Translations under genes and position numbers: made by a program | In this document: positions 38,754-46,702 of the stretch, one piece after another | Position numbering within the stretch: the stretch's first letter is position 1 | How the letters are laid out: each line of letters begins with the position of its first letter | Source: Clostridia bacterium | Lineage (GTDB): Bacteria; Bacillota; Clostridia; Oscillospirales; QAMX01 | DNA length: 64,000 nt | Assembly (NCBI GenBank): GCA_017414715.1 | Contig: JAFQKV010000119.1 | Span: 8,968-72,967 of the forward strand | Direction of reading: 5' to 3' | Notes under the pieces: model-generated | Told to the model about the DNA's origin: nothing | The model's database searches: none | Seen by the model: only the letters and a program-made list of their open reading frames with translations

Positions 38754-39048
38754 TCAGCACAAAGATGGCGGCACCGCCAACCATGACCTCGATGGACATG
38801 TTGGCATAAACGCCGGTACCCATATCCGCAGCGGGCATAAGCTGCTTGCGGGAGTTGGAGTGCTTGGTGATGATGCTGATCACATGCTGCACCTTCTCGT
38901 CATCCACACCGATAAGGATAGTGGTGTTGCCGGTGCGCAAAAAACCGCCGGTGGTGGCGAGCTTGGTCACCTGATAGCCGGATTTGGTCAGCTGCTGAAC
39001 AACCACGGAGGCATCGTCCCGGTTGATGATGGCCATTACCATTTTCAT
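38728..39048 (-). CDS. darA: PII-like cyclic-di-AMP receptor DarA (YaaQ)
   Basis: Start moved to MKMVMAIINRDD (ATG at 39048, GGGAGA RBS upstream), giving 106 aa. The core VTKLATTGGFLRTGNTTILIGV closely matches the B. subtilis DarA core as I recall it. Confidence 0.88.
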   Translation of the reverse strand: MKMVMAIINRDDASVVVQQLTKSGYQVTKLATTGGFLRTGNTTILIGVDDEKVQHVISIITKHSNSRKQLMPAADMGTGVYANMSIEVMVGGAAIFVLNVEHFEKV

Positions 39049-39138
39049 AGTGAGATCTCCCATCTGCCGCGCGTCCGCGGCCCTGCCGTTGCCTCTCCCG
39101 GACGCGGCGAATCGGAGAGACGGCATATCCTTGTTTAT

Positions 39139-39167
39139 AGTATATGATAAATGAGCGGATTTTTCAA
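39139..39167 (-). promoter_or_regulatory. sigma-A promoter TTGAAA-17-TATACT upstream of darA-holB-ricT
   Basis: The minus strand reads TTGAAAAATCCGCTCATTTATCATATACT. It is followed by an ~85-nt GC-rich hairpin-forming leader (CGCGTCCG...CGGACGCG). Confidence 0.6.
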
Positions 39168-39194
39168 GTATTTTCTGTGAGAAGTGCCGACCCT

Positions 39195-40295
39195 TTATTG
39201 CTCTTCCCACCGACGGGGCAGCATTTTGCCGGCAAGGAGCAGATCTACTGGCACCGCCGCCCGGTCTGCCGGGGTACAGGGAATGCCCGTAACGTCAAAG
39301 AGCAGATGCTTCATGCCAACATATCCGATAACACGGCAGGGCCTTCCGCCGAAGGTAACGTACAGTTCCTTTTTCCGCAGCATATCCCGCAGGATGGACA
39401 GCAGGCCGTGCAGTGCGTCCTTTGGGCGGCGAAGGTCCTTTCCGCGGTTGACGAAGGCCCCGTCGGCATAGCCCATGGGCAGCACCGCGACGGTCATCTC
39501 CCGCTTTGCGCGGAAGGATGCACCGTATCCGGCAAGGTCGCCGGGCTGCAGGGTATGCAGCGCCGCAACGGCACATTCCGCCCGGGCTACGCGCCGCAGT
39601 CCCGCGCGGCTTCCCGCAAGCAGCCCTCCCGTCAGGGCAGAGCCCACACGGACGGCATCAAACCGGGTCTCCGGGAAGCGGAAAAGCGCCACGGAATCGG
39701 CAAAATGCACCTCGCCGGGATCGATCCCTGCCGCCCGCAGGCACTCCGCCGCGGCCGCAAGGCGTTCTGCCGCCCGACGGGTGTATTTTTCTTTTCCAAA
39801 GGCACGGCTCGGATGGCCGAAAACGCCTGCGACATGAAGCTCGGGATGCTCCGCCAGAAGCGCCGGAATCTCTCCGGCCCTCCCGGGCGCAAAGCCGCCA
39901 CGTCCCATGCCGAGATCAAACTCAATGTGGATACGGGCATCGCAGCGCATTTCCCCCGCCGCCTCCGCCGCGGCCTTCAGCGCCTCCGGTGAGCCGATAC
40001 TTACCTCCGCATTCCCGCGAAGGGCCTCGGCATATTCCTCCGCAAGTGCAGTGTTGCGGACCAGAAGGATACGCCCTGCGATCCCCGCCTCCCGCAGAGC
40101 GGTGACCTCCTCCGCCTCGGTGACGGCAAAGCGGTCCGCTCCGGCTCCGGCAAGAATTCTCGCCGCATCCGTAAGGCCCATACCGTAGGCATCGCCTTTG
40201 AGCATACACCAGACGGCGGCCTCTCCGGCCTTTTCCCGGATGATATTCCAGTTCTCCCGCAGCGCAGCTGCACTCAGGATCAGTTCCGGTCTCAT
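39195..40295 (-). CDS. alr: alanine racemase
   Basis: Start set at MRPELILS. PLP-lysine context MLKGDAYGMG. C-terminal beta domain present. The start overlaps the femX-like stop by 4 nt. Confidence 0.85.
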   Translation of the reverse strand: MRPELILSAAALRENWNIIREKAGEAAVWCMLKGDAYGMGLTDAARILAGAGADRFAVTEAEEVTALREAGIAGRILLVRNTALAEEYAEALRGNAEVSIGSPEALKAAAEAAGEMRCDARIHIEFDLGMGRGGFAPGRAGEIPALLAEHPELHVAGVFGHPSRAFGKEKYTRRAAERLAAAAECLRAAGIDPGEVHFADSVALFRFPETRFDAVRVGSALTGGLLAGSRAGLRRVARAECAVAALHTLQPGDLAGYGASFRAKREMTVAVLPMGYADGAFVNRGKDLRRPKDALHGLLSILRDMLRKKELYVTFGGRPCRVIGYVGMKHLLFDVTGIPCTPADRAAVPVDLLLAGKMLPRRWEEQ

Positions 40296-41344
40296 TTTGC
40301 CACACCCCTCAGGATGGCTCTTGCCCGCCGCCACAGATGCTGGCCTTTTTCAAGACCCCAGGCAAGGAAGGGACGGAACGCGAGATCAAATTCACCGGCA
40401 AACTCCGTAAAATCGCCGTTAAAGCCCTTCTTGAATCGGTACAGTCCGTAGAGGGGGTTGTCCTCCGACAGATCGCCGGAAACCCCGCGAAAATCGTAAA
40501 TGTCGGCGCCGCGCTCCACCGCCCAGCGGATCATCTCCCACTGGAGGGCATAGTTGGGCATGACGTTGCGGTAGGTGTTGGAGGACGCACCGTAGAGATA
40601 CCAGACCTTGTTGCCGTAGCCGATGGCGAGGGTGCCCGCCACGGGCTTGTCCTCATAGAAGGCCATATAGAGCCGGGCATGCTCCCCAAGCTCCTGCAGC
40701 ATGCGGCGGAAATAGTCGGCGTTGCGAACGATAAAGCCGTCCCGTTCCCCCGTCTCCCGCATGATGGCAGCAAAGCTCTCCACCATCTCCTCGCCGCACA
40801 GGCGCACCTCCACGCCCTTGCGGCCGGAAAGACGAACGTTATAGCGGGTCTTCTGCTCAAAGGCGGCAAAGATCTCCTCCTCCGTCCGTCCGTTCAGATG
40901 AAGGCGGAAAACATAGCGGGGCTGAATTCCCTCGAAGTTCTTGCCGGAGTCCCGCAAACGGAAGCCCGCCGCGTTGAGGGCGGCGATTTCCTCCTCCGAG
41001 GAGGACAGCACGTCGGGATCGATCTTCAGAAGATATCCCCCGTGCTTTTTTGCCAACGTCCGGGCACCTGCCGCAAGCTCCGCGAGCACCTCCCTGTCGG
41101 TGCGGTCACAGACGGGGCCGCGTCCGCCGTAAAGCAGACTGAAGGGCAGCCCCGGCACCCGGCGGATGAGCACCGAAAGGGCACCGACGATGGCTCCCTC
41201 TCCATTCCGCACGGCAATGCCCGCCCACTCCCAGGCGGTCTTGCAGCCCGCCCAGAGGTGCGACTGCATAAAATGCCCGTTCTGATGGGCTTCGATGAAG
41301 GTCTCGTATTCCGCGAGGGTCTCGCTGGTTATAAATTCGTACAT
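40292..41344 (-). CDS. FemAB-family peptidoglycan interpeptide-bridge aminoacyltransferase
   Basis: About 350 aa. The N-terminal FIEAHQNGHFMQSHLWAGCK and overall FemX/MurM-like layout are recognised. The start (41344 vs 41389) is uncertain. Confidence 0.75.
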   Translation of the reverse strand: MYEFITSETLAEYETFIEAHQNGHFMQSHLWAGCKTAWEWAGIAVRNGEGAIVGALSVLIRRVPGLPFSLLYGGRGPVCDRTDREVLAELAAGARTLAKKHGGYLLKIDPDVLSSSEEEIAALNAAGFRLRDSGKNFEGIQPRYVFRLHLNGRTEEEIFAAFEQKTRYNVRLSGRKGVEVRLCGEEMVESFAAIMRETGERDGFIVRNADYFRRMLQELGEHARLYMAFYEDKPVAGTLAIGYGNKVWYLYGASSNTYRNVMPNYALQWEMIRWAVERGADIYDFRGVSGDLSEDNPLYGLYRFKKGFNGDFTEFAGEFDLAFRPFLAWGLEKGQHLWRRARAILRGVAK

Positions 41345-41522
41345 GGCATTCCGGCCTTTCCGGTAATATTCTTCTTTATATTCTATCACACCTTTGTCCG
41401 CCGCGCAATCCGGATCTTTCGACCCTTTTTGCGCACATTGACTTTCTCTCCTTCACGGGTGTATAATAGTCTTATGTTTTATATGGTTTTTGGAAATGTT
41501 TTTATGCGGGAGGGACTGTGAA

Positions 41523-42884
41523 ATGATCAAAAGCAAAAGCGCCGATCTGCTGACCGGCAAACTTTGGGTCAAAATTCTTCTTTTTTCCTTCCCTTTGATG
41601 CTTTCCAACATTCTGCAGCTGCTCTACTCCGCCGCAGACACCGTGGTGGTGGGCCGCTTTGCGGGAAACGATGCGCTTGCCGCCGTAGGTTCCACCGGTT
41701 CGCTGACCAACCTCTTTATCAATCTCTTCATCGGCTTCTCCGTAGGTGCCAGCGTTATCGTTGCCCAGGGCATCGGTGCGAGGGATGACCGTGCCGTCCA
41801 CGAGACGGTGCACACCAGCATGCTGCTGGCCGTCATCGGCGGTGTCGTCATCGGCAGCCTCGGCATCCTGTTTTCCCGCCCCATTCTTGCCGCCATGGAC
41901 AACAAGGTGCTCGACCTTGCGACCACATATCTGCGCATCATTTTTGCCGGTGCACCTTTCTGCATGGTCTACAACTTCGGTGCCTCCATCCTGCGCGCCC
42001 GGGGCAACACCCGGCTTCCCCTTTACATTCTGGCCGCCTCCGGCCTTGTGAATGTCGGCCTGAATCTTCTCTTTGTTATTGTCTTTCATATGAGCGTCGC
42101 GGGCGTTGCCCTTGCGACCATCGTTTCCCAGGCTCTTTCTGCTGCGTTGGTGGTCATCGTCCTCATGCGCAGCCATGATACCACCCGTCTGCAGTTCCGC
42201 CGCCTGCACATCTACCCCCGCCGGCTCCTCTCCATTGTGAAGGTCGGTCTTCCCGCAGGCATCCAGTCCTCCCTCTTTGCCGTTTCCAACGTTCTCATCC
42301 AGTCCTCTGTCAACTCCTTCGGCTCAAATGTCATGGCCGGCAACACCGCCGCCGCAAACATCAGCGACTTTATCTACATGGCCATGAACGCCCTGCACCA
42401 TGCCGCCGTCACCTTTGCCGGCCAGCACGCCGGCGCAGGCATGTACCGCCGCATCGGCCGTGTGGCGTGGCAGTGCGTGGTGACCACTACAGTGGTCGGT
42501 GTGGTGCTCGGCATTGTTCTCACGATCTTCGGCCCGGAGCTTCTCTCCATCTACGACACCAATGCGGAAGCTACCGCCGCCGGTATGATCCGGATGCGCA
42601 TCCTCTGTTCCACCTATTTCCTCTGCGGCATCATGGATGTGTTCATGGGCTTGCAGCGCGGCCTTGGCAGTTCTCTGCGGCCGATGATCGTTTCCCTGTG
42701 CGGCGCCTGCGGGTTGCGCATCGTCTGGATCTACACCGTTTTCCGTCTGCAGCCCACCCTGGACTGCCTGTTCTGGTCCTATCCCTTCACCTGGGCGGTC
42801 ACAGGCGCAGTTCACCTGCTCTGCTTCCTGCTTCTCTGGCGCAAAAAGATGCGCACCCTTGAGGGCGTGCGCGGTACCGTCTGA
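41523..42884 (+). CDS. MATE-family efflux transporter
   Basis: 453 aa. Contains LWVKILLFSFPLMLSNILQLLYSAADTVVVGRF and 12 predicted TM helices. GGGAGGG RBS upstream. Confidence 0.88.
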   Translation: MIKSKSADLLTGKLWVKILLFSFPLMLSNILQLLYSAADTVVVGRFAGNDALAAVGSTGSLTNLFINLFIGFSVGASVIVAQGIGARDDRAVHETVHTSMLLAVIGGVVIGSLGILFSRPILAAMDNKVLDLATTYLRIIFAGAPFCMVYNFGASILRARGNTRLPLYILAASGLVNVGLNLLFVIVFHMSVAGVALATIVSQALSAALVVIVLMRSHDTTRLQFRRLHIYPRRLLSIVKVGLPAGIQSSLFAVSNVLIQSSVNSFGSNVMAGNTAAANISDFIYMAMNALHHAAVTFAGQHAGAGMYRRIGRVAWQCVVTTTVVGVVLGIVLTIFGPELLSIYDTNAEATAAGMIRMRILCSTYFLCGIMDVFMGLQRGLGSSLRPMIVSLCGACGLRIVWIYTVFRLQPTLDCLFWSYPFTWAVTGAVHLLCFLLLWRKKMRTLEGVRGTV

Positions 42885-42899
42885 AGAAAGGGGTCCGCC

Positions 42900-43385
42900 A
42901 TGTACAAAGAGACCCGTGAAAATCCCCGGCAGAAAAAGGCCGTCCTGCTCGCGGCGGGTGCCGTCTGTCTGGTGTGCTTTTCCGTGCTTTGGTTCACCGT
43001 CGACCTTCATTTTGCCGCTCCGCTGCAGCTGCTCTGCCTTGCAGTCTGCGGCATCGCGGTGTACTATATCGTCCGCTACGCCCTGCGCAGCTATACCTAC
43101 GCGCTGGAGGACGGCGTGCTGACCCTGCTTTTGCAGGACAGCTCCCGCCTGCCGGTGCTGGAGGAGATCCCCCTCCGCACCGTGACCGAGTTTGCGCTCC
43201 TGCCGCCCGACGGGGCAAAAAAAGCCTCCGGCGAGAAACAGCTTGACTACCGTTTTTCCTTCTTCCGGGAGGATAAAACGTGGTTTCTCCGCTTTTACCG
43301 GGACGGACAAGCCTTTCTCGTGCTTTTCCAGCCCTCCGATACCCTTGTCGAAAAGATCGGCGGGGTTCTTCATAACAGCCGATAA
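42900..43385 (+). CDS. hypothetical 2-TM membrane protein with small cytoplasmic beta domain
   Basis: 161 aa. Two hydrophobic helices followed by YTYALEDGVLTL...FLRFYRDGQAFLVLFQP. No family recognised. Confidence 0.55.
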   Translation: MYKETRENPRQKKAVLLAAGAVCLVCFSVLWFTVDLHFAAPLQLLCLAVCGIAVYYIVRYALRSYTYALEDGVLTLLLQDSSRLPVLEEIPLRTVTEFALLPPDGAKKASGEKQLDYRFSFFREDKTWFLRFYRDGQAFLVLFQPSDTLVEKIGGVLHNSR

Positions 43386-43409
43386 ATCCTGAAAGGAGGT
43401 GCGCCGCCC

Positions 43410-44720
43410 ATGCTGCGTCTCGCACTTTTTCTCGGAAAAATCGTCCGCTTTCTGCGCCGCCGACACTCCGGCCGCTCCGCCGGTGCCCTTGCGCTGGCCC
43501 TCTGCCCCGATTTTTATTCCCGTCTCACCGTAGAGGGTAAGATCCTCATGGTCACCGGTTCTGTGGGCAAGAGCACCGTTGCTGCAGCCGCGGTGCACAT
43601 GCTCCGTGCCGCCGGTCTTCGGGTGGTCTCCAACTGCGAGGACCGCGGTCTTCGCACAGGCACCGCCGCCGCGCTCGTCTCCGCCGCCGATTACAAGGGC
43701 CGTATTTCCTGCGATTGGCTGGTCCTGGAGGCCGACGGCCGTATCTCCGATGCCGTCCTCTCCCTTGGAAAGCCTGAAATTCTGCTGGTGACCGGTCTTT
43801 TCCCCCACCACGGCCCCGCATCCTGCCGCAGTTCCGCCATCAAAAGTCTTATTGAACGCGCCGCAGGCCCCGAAACCCGTCTCATTCTCAACGCCCTCGA
43901 CCCCGGTATGACGGATATCCTGCCGGAGCTCCCCCGGATCCGCTACGGTGCCGCACCGGGTGCGAATGCACGTCCCTCCATGAATCTGGTGGGTCCCCGC
44001 ACGAGCTGTCCTCACTGCGGCGGAAAGCTGTCCTATTCCCGGGTTTTCCATCACCATCTCGGCGAATACTGCTGCACCGCCTGCGGAACGCGGACACCCC
44101 CGGCGGATTATCTGCTGACGGCCGGGGAGAGCACAAGCCCCGCCTTTGCGGTCAACGGCGTTCCCTTCTGCACCGATCTTGCCGCCGCCCATCACTATCT
44201 CAATCTCACCGCCGCCACGGCGCTGGTCTGCGAGGCGCTTGGCATCCCCGTGGAAAAAGCCGCGGAGCTCTGCGCCGATTACCGGCTCAATGCGAGGTTC
44301 TATTCCGAAACACAGCTTGACGGACGACGGATCGTCTTCCTGCTGTGCCGCAGCGGCAACCCCATCTCCTTTGACCGCGGGCTGGAATACGTTGCCGCCC
44401 GACCGGAGACCAAGACCGTGCTTCTCTATACCGAGGCCGCACCTCTGCCCATGAGCGCGGACATCTCCTGGCTGTACGATACATCCTTTGAGTTTCTCTT
44501 CAAAACGGCGGAAACGGTGGTCTGTGCCGGTGACGGAAGGCTTGACACCGCCGCTCGCCTGCACTACACCGGCTACAAGCGGGAAAATATTCTCGTCTGC
44601 CACGATGACAGCCAGCTCTCTGCCATGCTCGGTGCCACCCGGGGTACCCTCTACATTCTTACCGGCCCCGTCGCCGCGGAGCGCATCCTTCGCCTGCTGC
44701 AGAAAGGAGGCCGTCCATGA
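43410..44720 (+). CDS. murT: lipid II isoglutaminyl synthase, Mur-ligase-like subunit MurT
   Basis: 436 aa. Contains VTGSVGKST and the MurT-typical Cys4 ribbon CPHCGGKL...CTACG. Followed by an overlapping gatD. Confidence 0.82.
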   Translation: MLRLALFLGKIVRFLRRRHSGRSAGALALALCPDFYSRLTVEGKILMVTGSVGKSTVAAAAVHMLRAAGLRVVSNCEDRGLRTGTAAALVSAADYKGRISCDWLVLEADGRISDAVLSLGKPEILLVTGLFPHHGPASCRSSAIKSLIERAAGPETRLILNALDPGMTDILPELPRIRYGAAPGANARPSMNLVGPRTSCPHCGGKLSYSRVFHHHLGEYCCTACGTRTPPADYLLTAGESTSPAFAVNGVPFCTDLAAAHHYLNLTAATALVCEALGIPVEKAAELCADYRLNARFYSETQLDGRRIVFLLCRSGNPISFDRGLEYVAARPETKTVLLYTEAAPLPMSADISWLYDTSFEFLFKTAETVVCAGDGRLDTAARLHYTGYKRENILVCHDDSQLSAMLGATRGTLYILTGPVAAERILRLLQKGGRP

Positions 44721-45430
44721 GCATCCGCATTCTGCTTCTTTATCCCGAACATATGGGACTATCCGGTGATAAAGGCAACATTTTTGCCCTCCGTCACCGG
44801 CTGCATGCTCTCGGTCTGCGCTGTGAGGTGACCTCCGCCAGCGTCGGTGACGCCATGCCTTTCCGGGAATATGACCTCATCTATGCCGGCAACGCGCCCC
44901 TTTCCGGGCTTCTGCCGGCCATGGCGGATATGGCCCCCCGCACCGAAGCTCTGCGTGCTGCGATGGATGCCGGGCGCATCTTCCTTCTGACGGGCAGCGC
45001 CCGCTGCCTTCTCGGCGGAGATCTCACCCTGCGGGACGGCACAGTCGTCCACGGCGCACGCCTGCTTGCCGAATCCCACCGGGAGGTCAACCGCTTCACC
45101 GGCGAGATCATTGCCACCCGACCGGGTCTCGGCCGCACCCTCTACCTTGGCTGCTATGACCGTGTGCTGGAGACTGATGCCGCCAGCGAGCGTCCCCTCT
45201 TCCAGACGGTACGCGGCATGGGCGACAAACCCGCTGCCATCTATGAGGGCGTTTTCAAGAACAACATCTATGCCACCTACATGCTTGGCCCTCTGCTCGT
45301 CCGCAATCCCGAGCTTCTGGAGGAGCTGGTGGAAAAGCTCGCCGGCGGGCAGTACCGCCCCCGGGGCGAAAGCTTTGATGCCGAGGCAAAGGCTCTGCGC
45401 CTTGCTGCACTGGAAAAAAAGAAGCGATAA
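44717..45430 (+). CDS. gatD: lipid II isoglutaminyl synthase, glutaminase subunit GatD
   Basis: 237 aa, CobB/CobQ-like GATase. Starts IRILLLYPEHMGLSGDKGN. Has a 4-nt overlap with murT. Confidence 0.75.
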   Translation: MSIRILLLYPEHMGLSGDKGNIFALRHRLHALGLRCEVTSASVGDAMPFREYDLIYAGNAPLSGLLPAMADMAPRTEALRAAMDAGRIFLLTGSARCLLGGDLTLRDGTVVHGARLLAESHREVNRFTGEIIATRPGLGRTLYLGCYDRVLETDAASERPLFQTVRGMGDKPAAIYEGVFKNNIYATYMLGPLLVRNPELLEELVEKLAGGQYRPRGESFDAEAKALRLAALEKKKR

Positions 45431-45455
45431 ACGAAAAAGGGCGGCGGAGCCGCCC
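45431..45455 (-). terminator. hairpin terminator shared by convergent gatD and the Cys-rich peptide gene
   Basis: GGGCGGC-TCC-GCCGCCC is followed by TTTTTCGT on the minus strand. Confidence 0.6.
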
Positions 45456-45491
45456 CGAAAAGGGAGCTTCCCCGCCGTCCTCTTTTGCCGG

Positions 45492-45629
45492 TCAGCGATT
45501 GACGCAACCGCAGGAGCTGCCATTGCCGCAGCCGCCACAGCCGCAGCCGCTGATGAGCAGCAGGACCAGAGCCGCGATGACGATCCACCAGCAGCAGTTG
45601 TCACCGTCGAAGAAATTGCAGCATGCCAT
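45492..45629 (-). CDS. 45-aa cysteine-rich single-TM peptide
   Basis: MACCNFFDGDNCCWWIVIAALVLLLISGCGCGGCGNGSSCGCVNR. AAGGAGG RBS 8 nt upstream of the ATG at 45629. 9 of 45 residues are Cys. Confidence 0.6.
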   Translation of the reverse strand: MACCNFFDGDNCCWWIVIAALVLLLISGCGCGGCGNGSSCGCVNR

Positions 45630-45797
45630 AGTAGTGACCTCCTTCTTCATTTCGGCCCCCTTTGAGGAGCCGCTCACCCCATACTATTACGCTGTGTCCC
45701 GCCTGGCTACCGATTTCTTCATCTGTGCATTTTTTGTCTCTTCCGCGTCCCTTTTTCACAAATTCATCCCCTTTATTTCTCCCAAGGAGGTACCCCC

Positions 45798-46211
45798 ATG
45801 AAGCCCCTTTCCCGCCGAACCGCCCTTCTCTGCGGTCTTGGTTTCGCCGCCGTTTCGGCGGGTCTGCTCATTCTTTTCACGACGCTCCTGCTCGGCGAGT
45901 GGCATGCGCAGATCCTTACCTTTATCATTCTTTTTGCCGTTATCGGCGGTCTTTCCGCCGTCTATCTTGCCAGGAACTACCCACTGACCCTCATCGGTTA
46001 CTGCGCCGGAGCATTCATCGGTCTTTTTTTGCTTGCCCTTGCCTTTGAGAAGGATACCCTCGGCTCTTACGGGCTCATTCGGCTTTTCGTTTCCCTTGCG
46101 GTGGGACTTTTGCTGGGCAGCGCGGCTGAGCTTGTGGGCCGTATTCTCGCCCGGCGGGCGGAAAAAGCCCGGCGCGAGGCCTATCTCGCCCGGCTTCTCT
46201 ATAAAAAATGA
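45798..46211 (+). CDS. hypothetical 4-TM membrane protein
   Basis: 137 aa, strongly hydrophobic. AAGGAGG RBS upstream. Overlaps the tadA start by 4 nt. Confidence 0.6.
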   Translation: MKPLSRRTALLCGLGFAAVSAGLLILFTTLLLGEWHAQILTFIILFAVIGGLSAVYLARNYPLTLIGYCAGAFIGLFLLALAFEKDTLGSYGLIRLFVSLAVGLLLGSAAELVGRILARRAEKARREAYLARLLYKK

Positions 46212-46648
46212 TGACCCGCTTCATGCAGGAGGCCCTCGCCCTCGCGCGGCAGGCCGAGGCAGCCGGGGAGATCCCCGTCGGCTGCGTTATCGAGAAGGAC
46301 GGTGTCATCGTCGGCCGCGGCCGCAACCGACGGGAAACGGACAGAACCGCCCTTGGTCATGCGGAGATCGAGGCCATCGCCGAGGCCTGCCGCACCCTCG
46401 GGGAATGGCGGCTGCCGGGCTGCCGCCTGTTTGTGACGCTGGAGCCCTGTCCCATGTGCGCCGGTGCCATCCTCAACGCCCGCATTTCCACCGTCGTCTT
46501 CGGCGCATGGGACCCCCGTGCCGGGGCCTGCGGCAGCGTGGAGGATCTGATGCGCGGCCAGTTTACCCACCGCCCGGAGGTCATTTCCGGCATCCTTGAG
46601 CGGGAATGTGAGGATATCCTGAAGGATTTCTTCAAAAAGCTGCGTTGA
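46208..46648 (+). CDS. tadA: tRNA-specific adenosine deaminase
   Basis: 146 aa. Zinc motifs HAEIEAI and PCPMCAGA. Confidence 0.93.
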   Translation: MMTRFMQEALALARQAEAAGEIPVGCVIEKDGVIVGRGRNRRETDRTALGHAEIEAIAEACRTLGEWRLPGCRLFVTLEPCPMCAGAILNARISTVVFGAWDPRAGACGSVEDLMRGQFTHRPEVISGILERECEDILKDFFKKLR

Positions 46649-46660
46649 AAAACGAGCAAA

Positions 46661-46697
46661 ACGGCAGAGGACGTATCCTCTGCCGTTCTTCTTTTTT
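46661..46697 (+). terminator. rho-independent terminator after tadA
   Basis: ACGGCAGAGGA-CGTA-TCCTCTGCCGT followed by TCTTCTTTTTTC. Confidence 0.85.
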
Positions 46698-46702
46698 CAG
46701 TT

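Noticed and set aside
42324-44603. 759-aa ORF on the minus strand
   Set aside because: It is antisense to MATE, the 161-aa gene and MurT, all of which have clear family motifs. Its translation is G/A/R/P-rich low-complexity sequence, typical of shadow frames in high-GC DNA.
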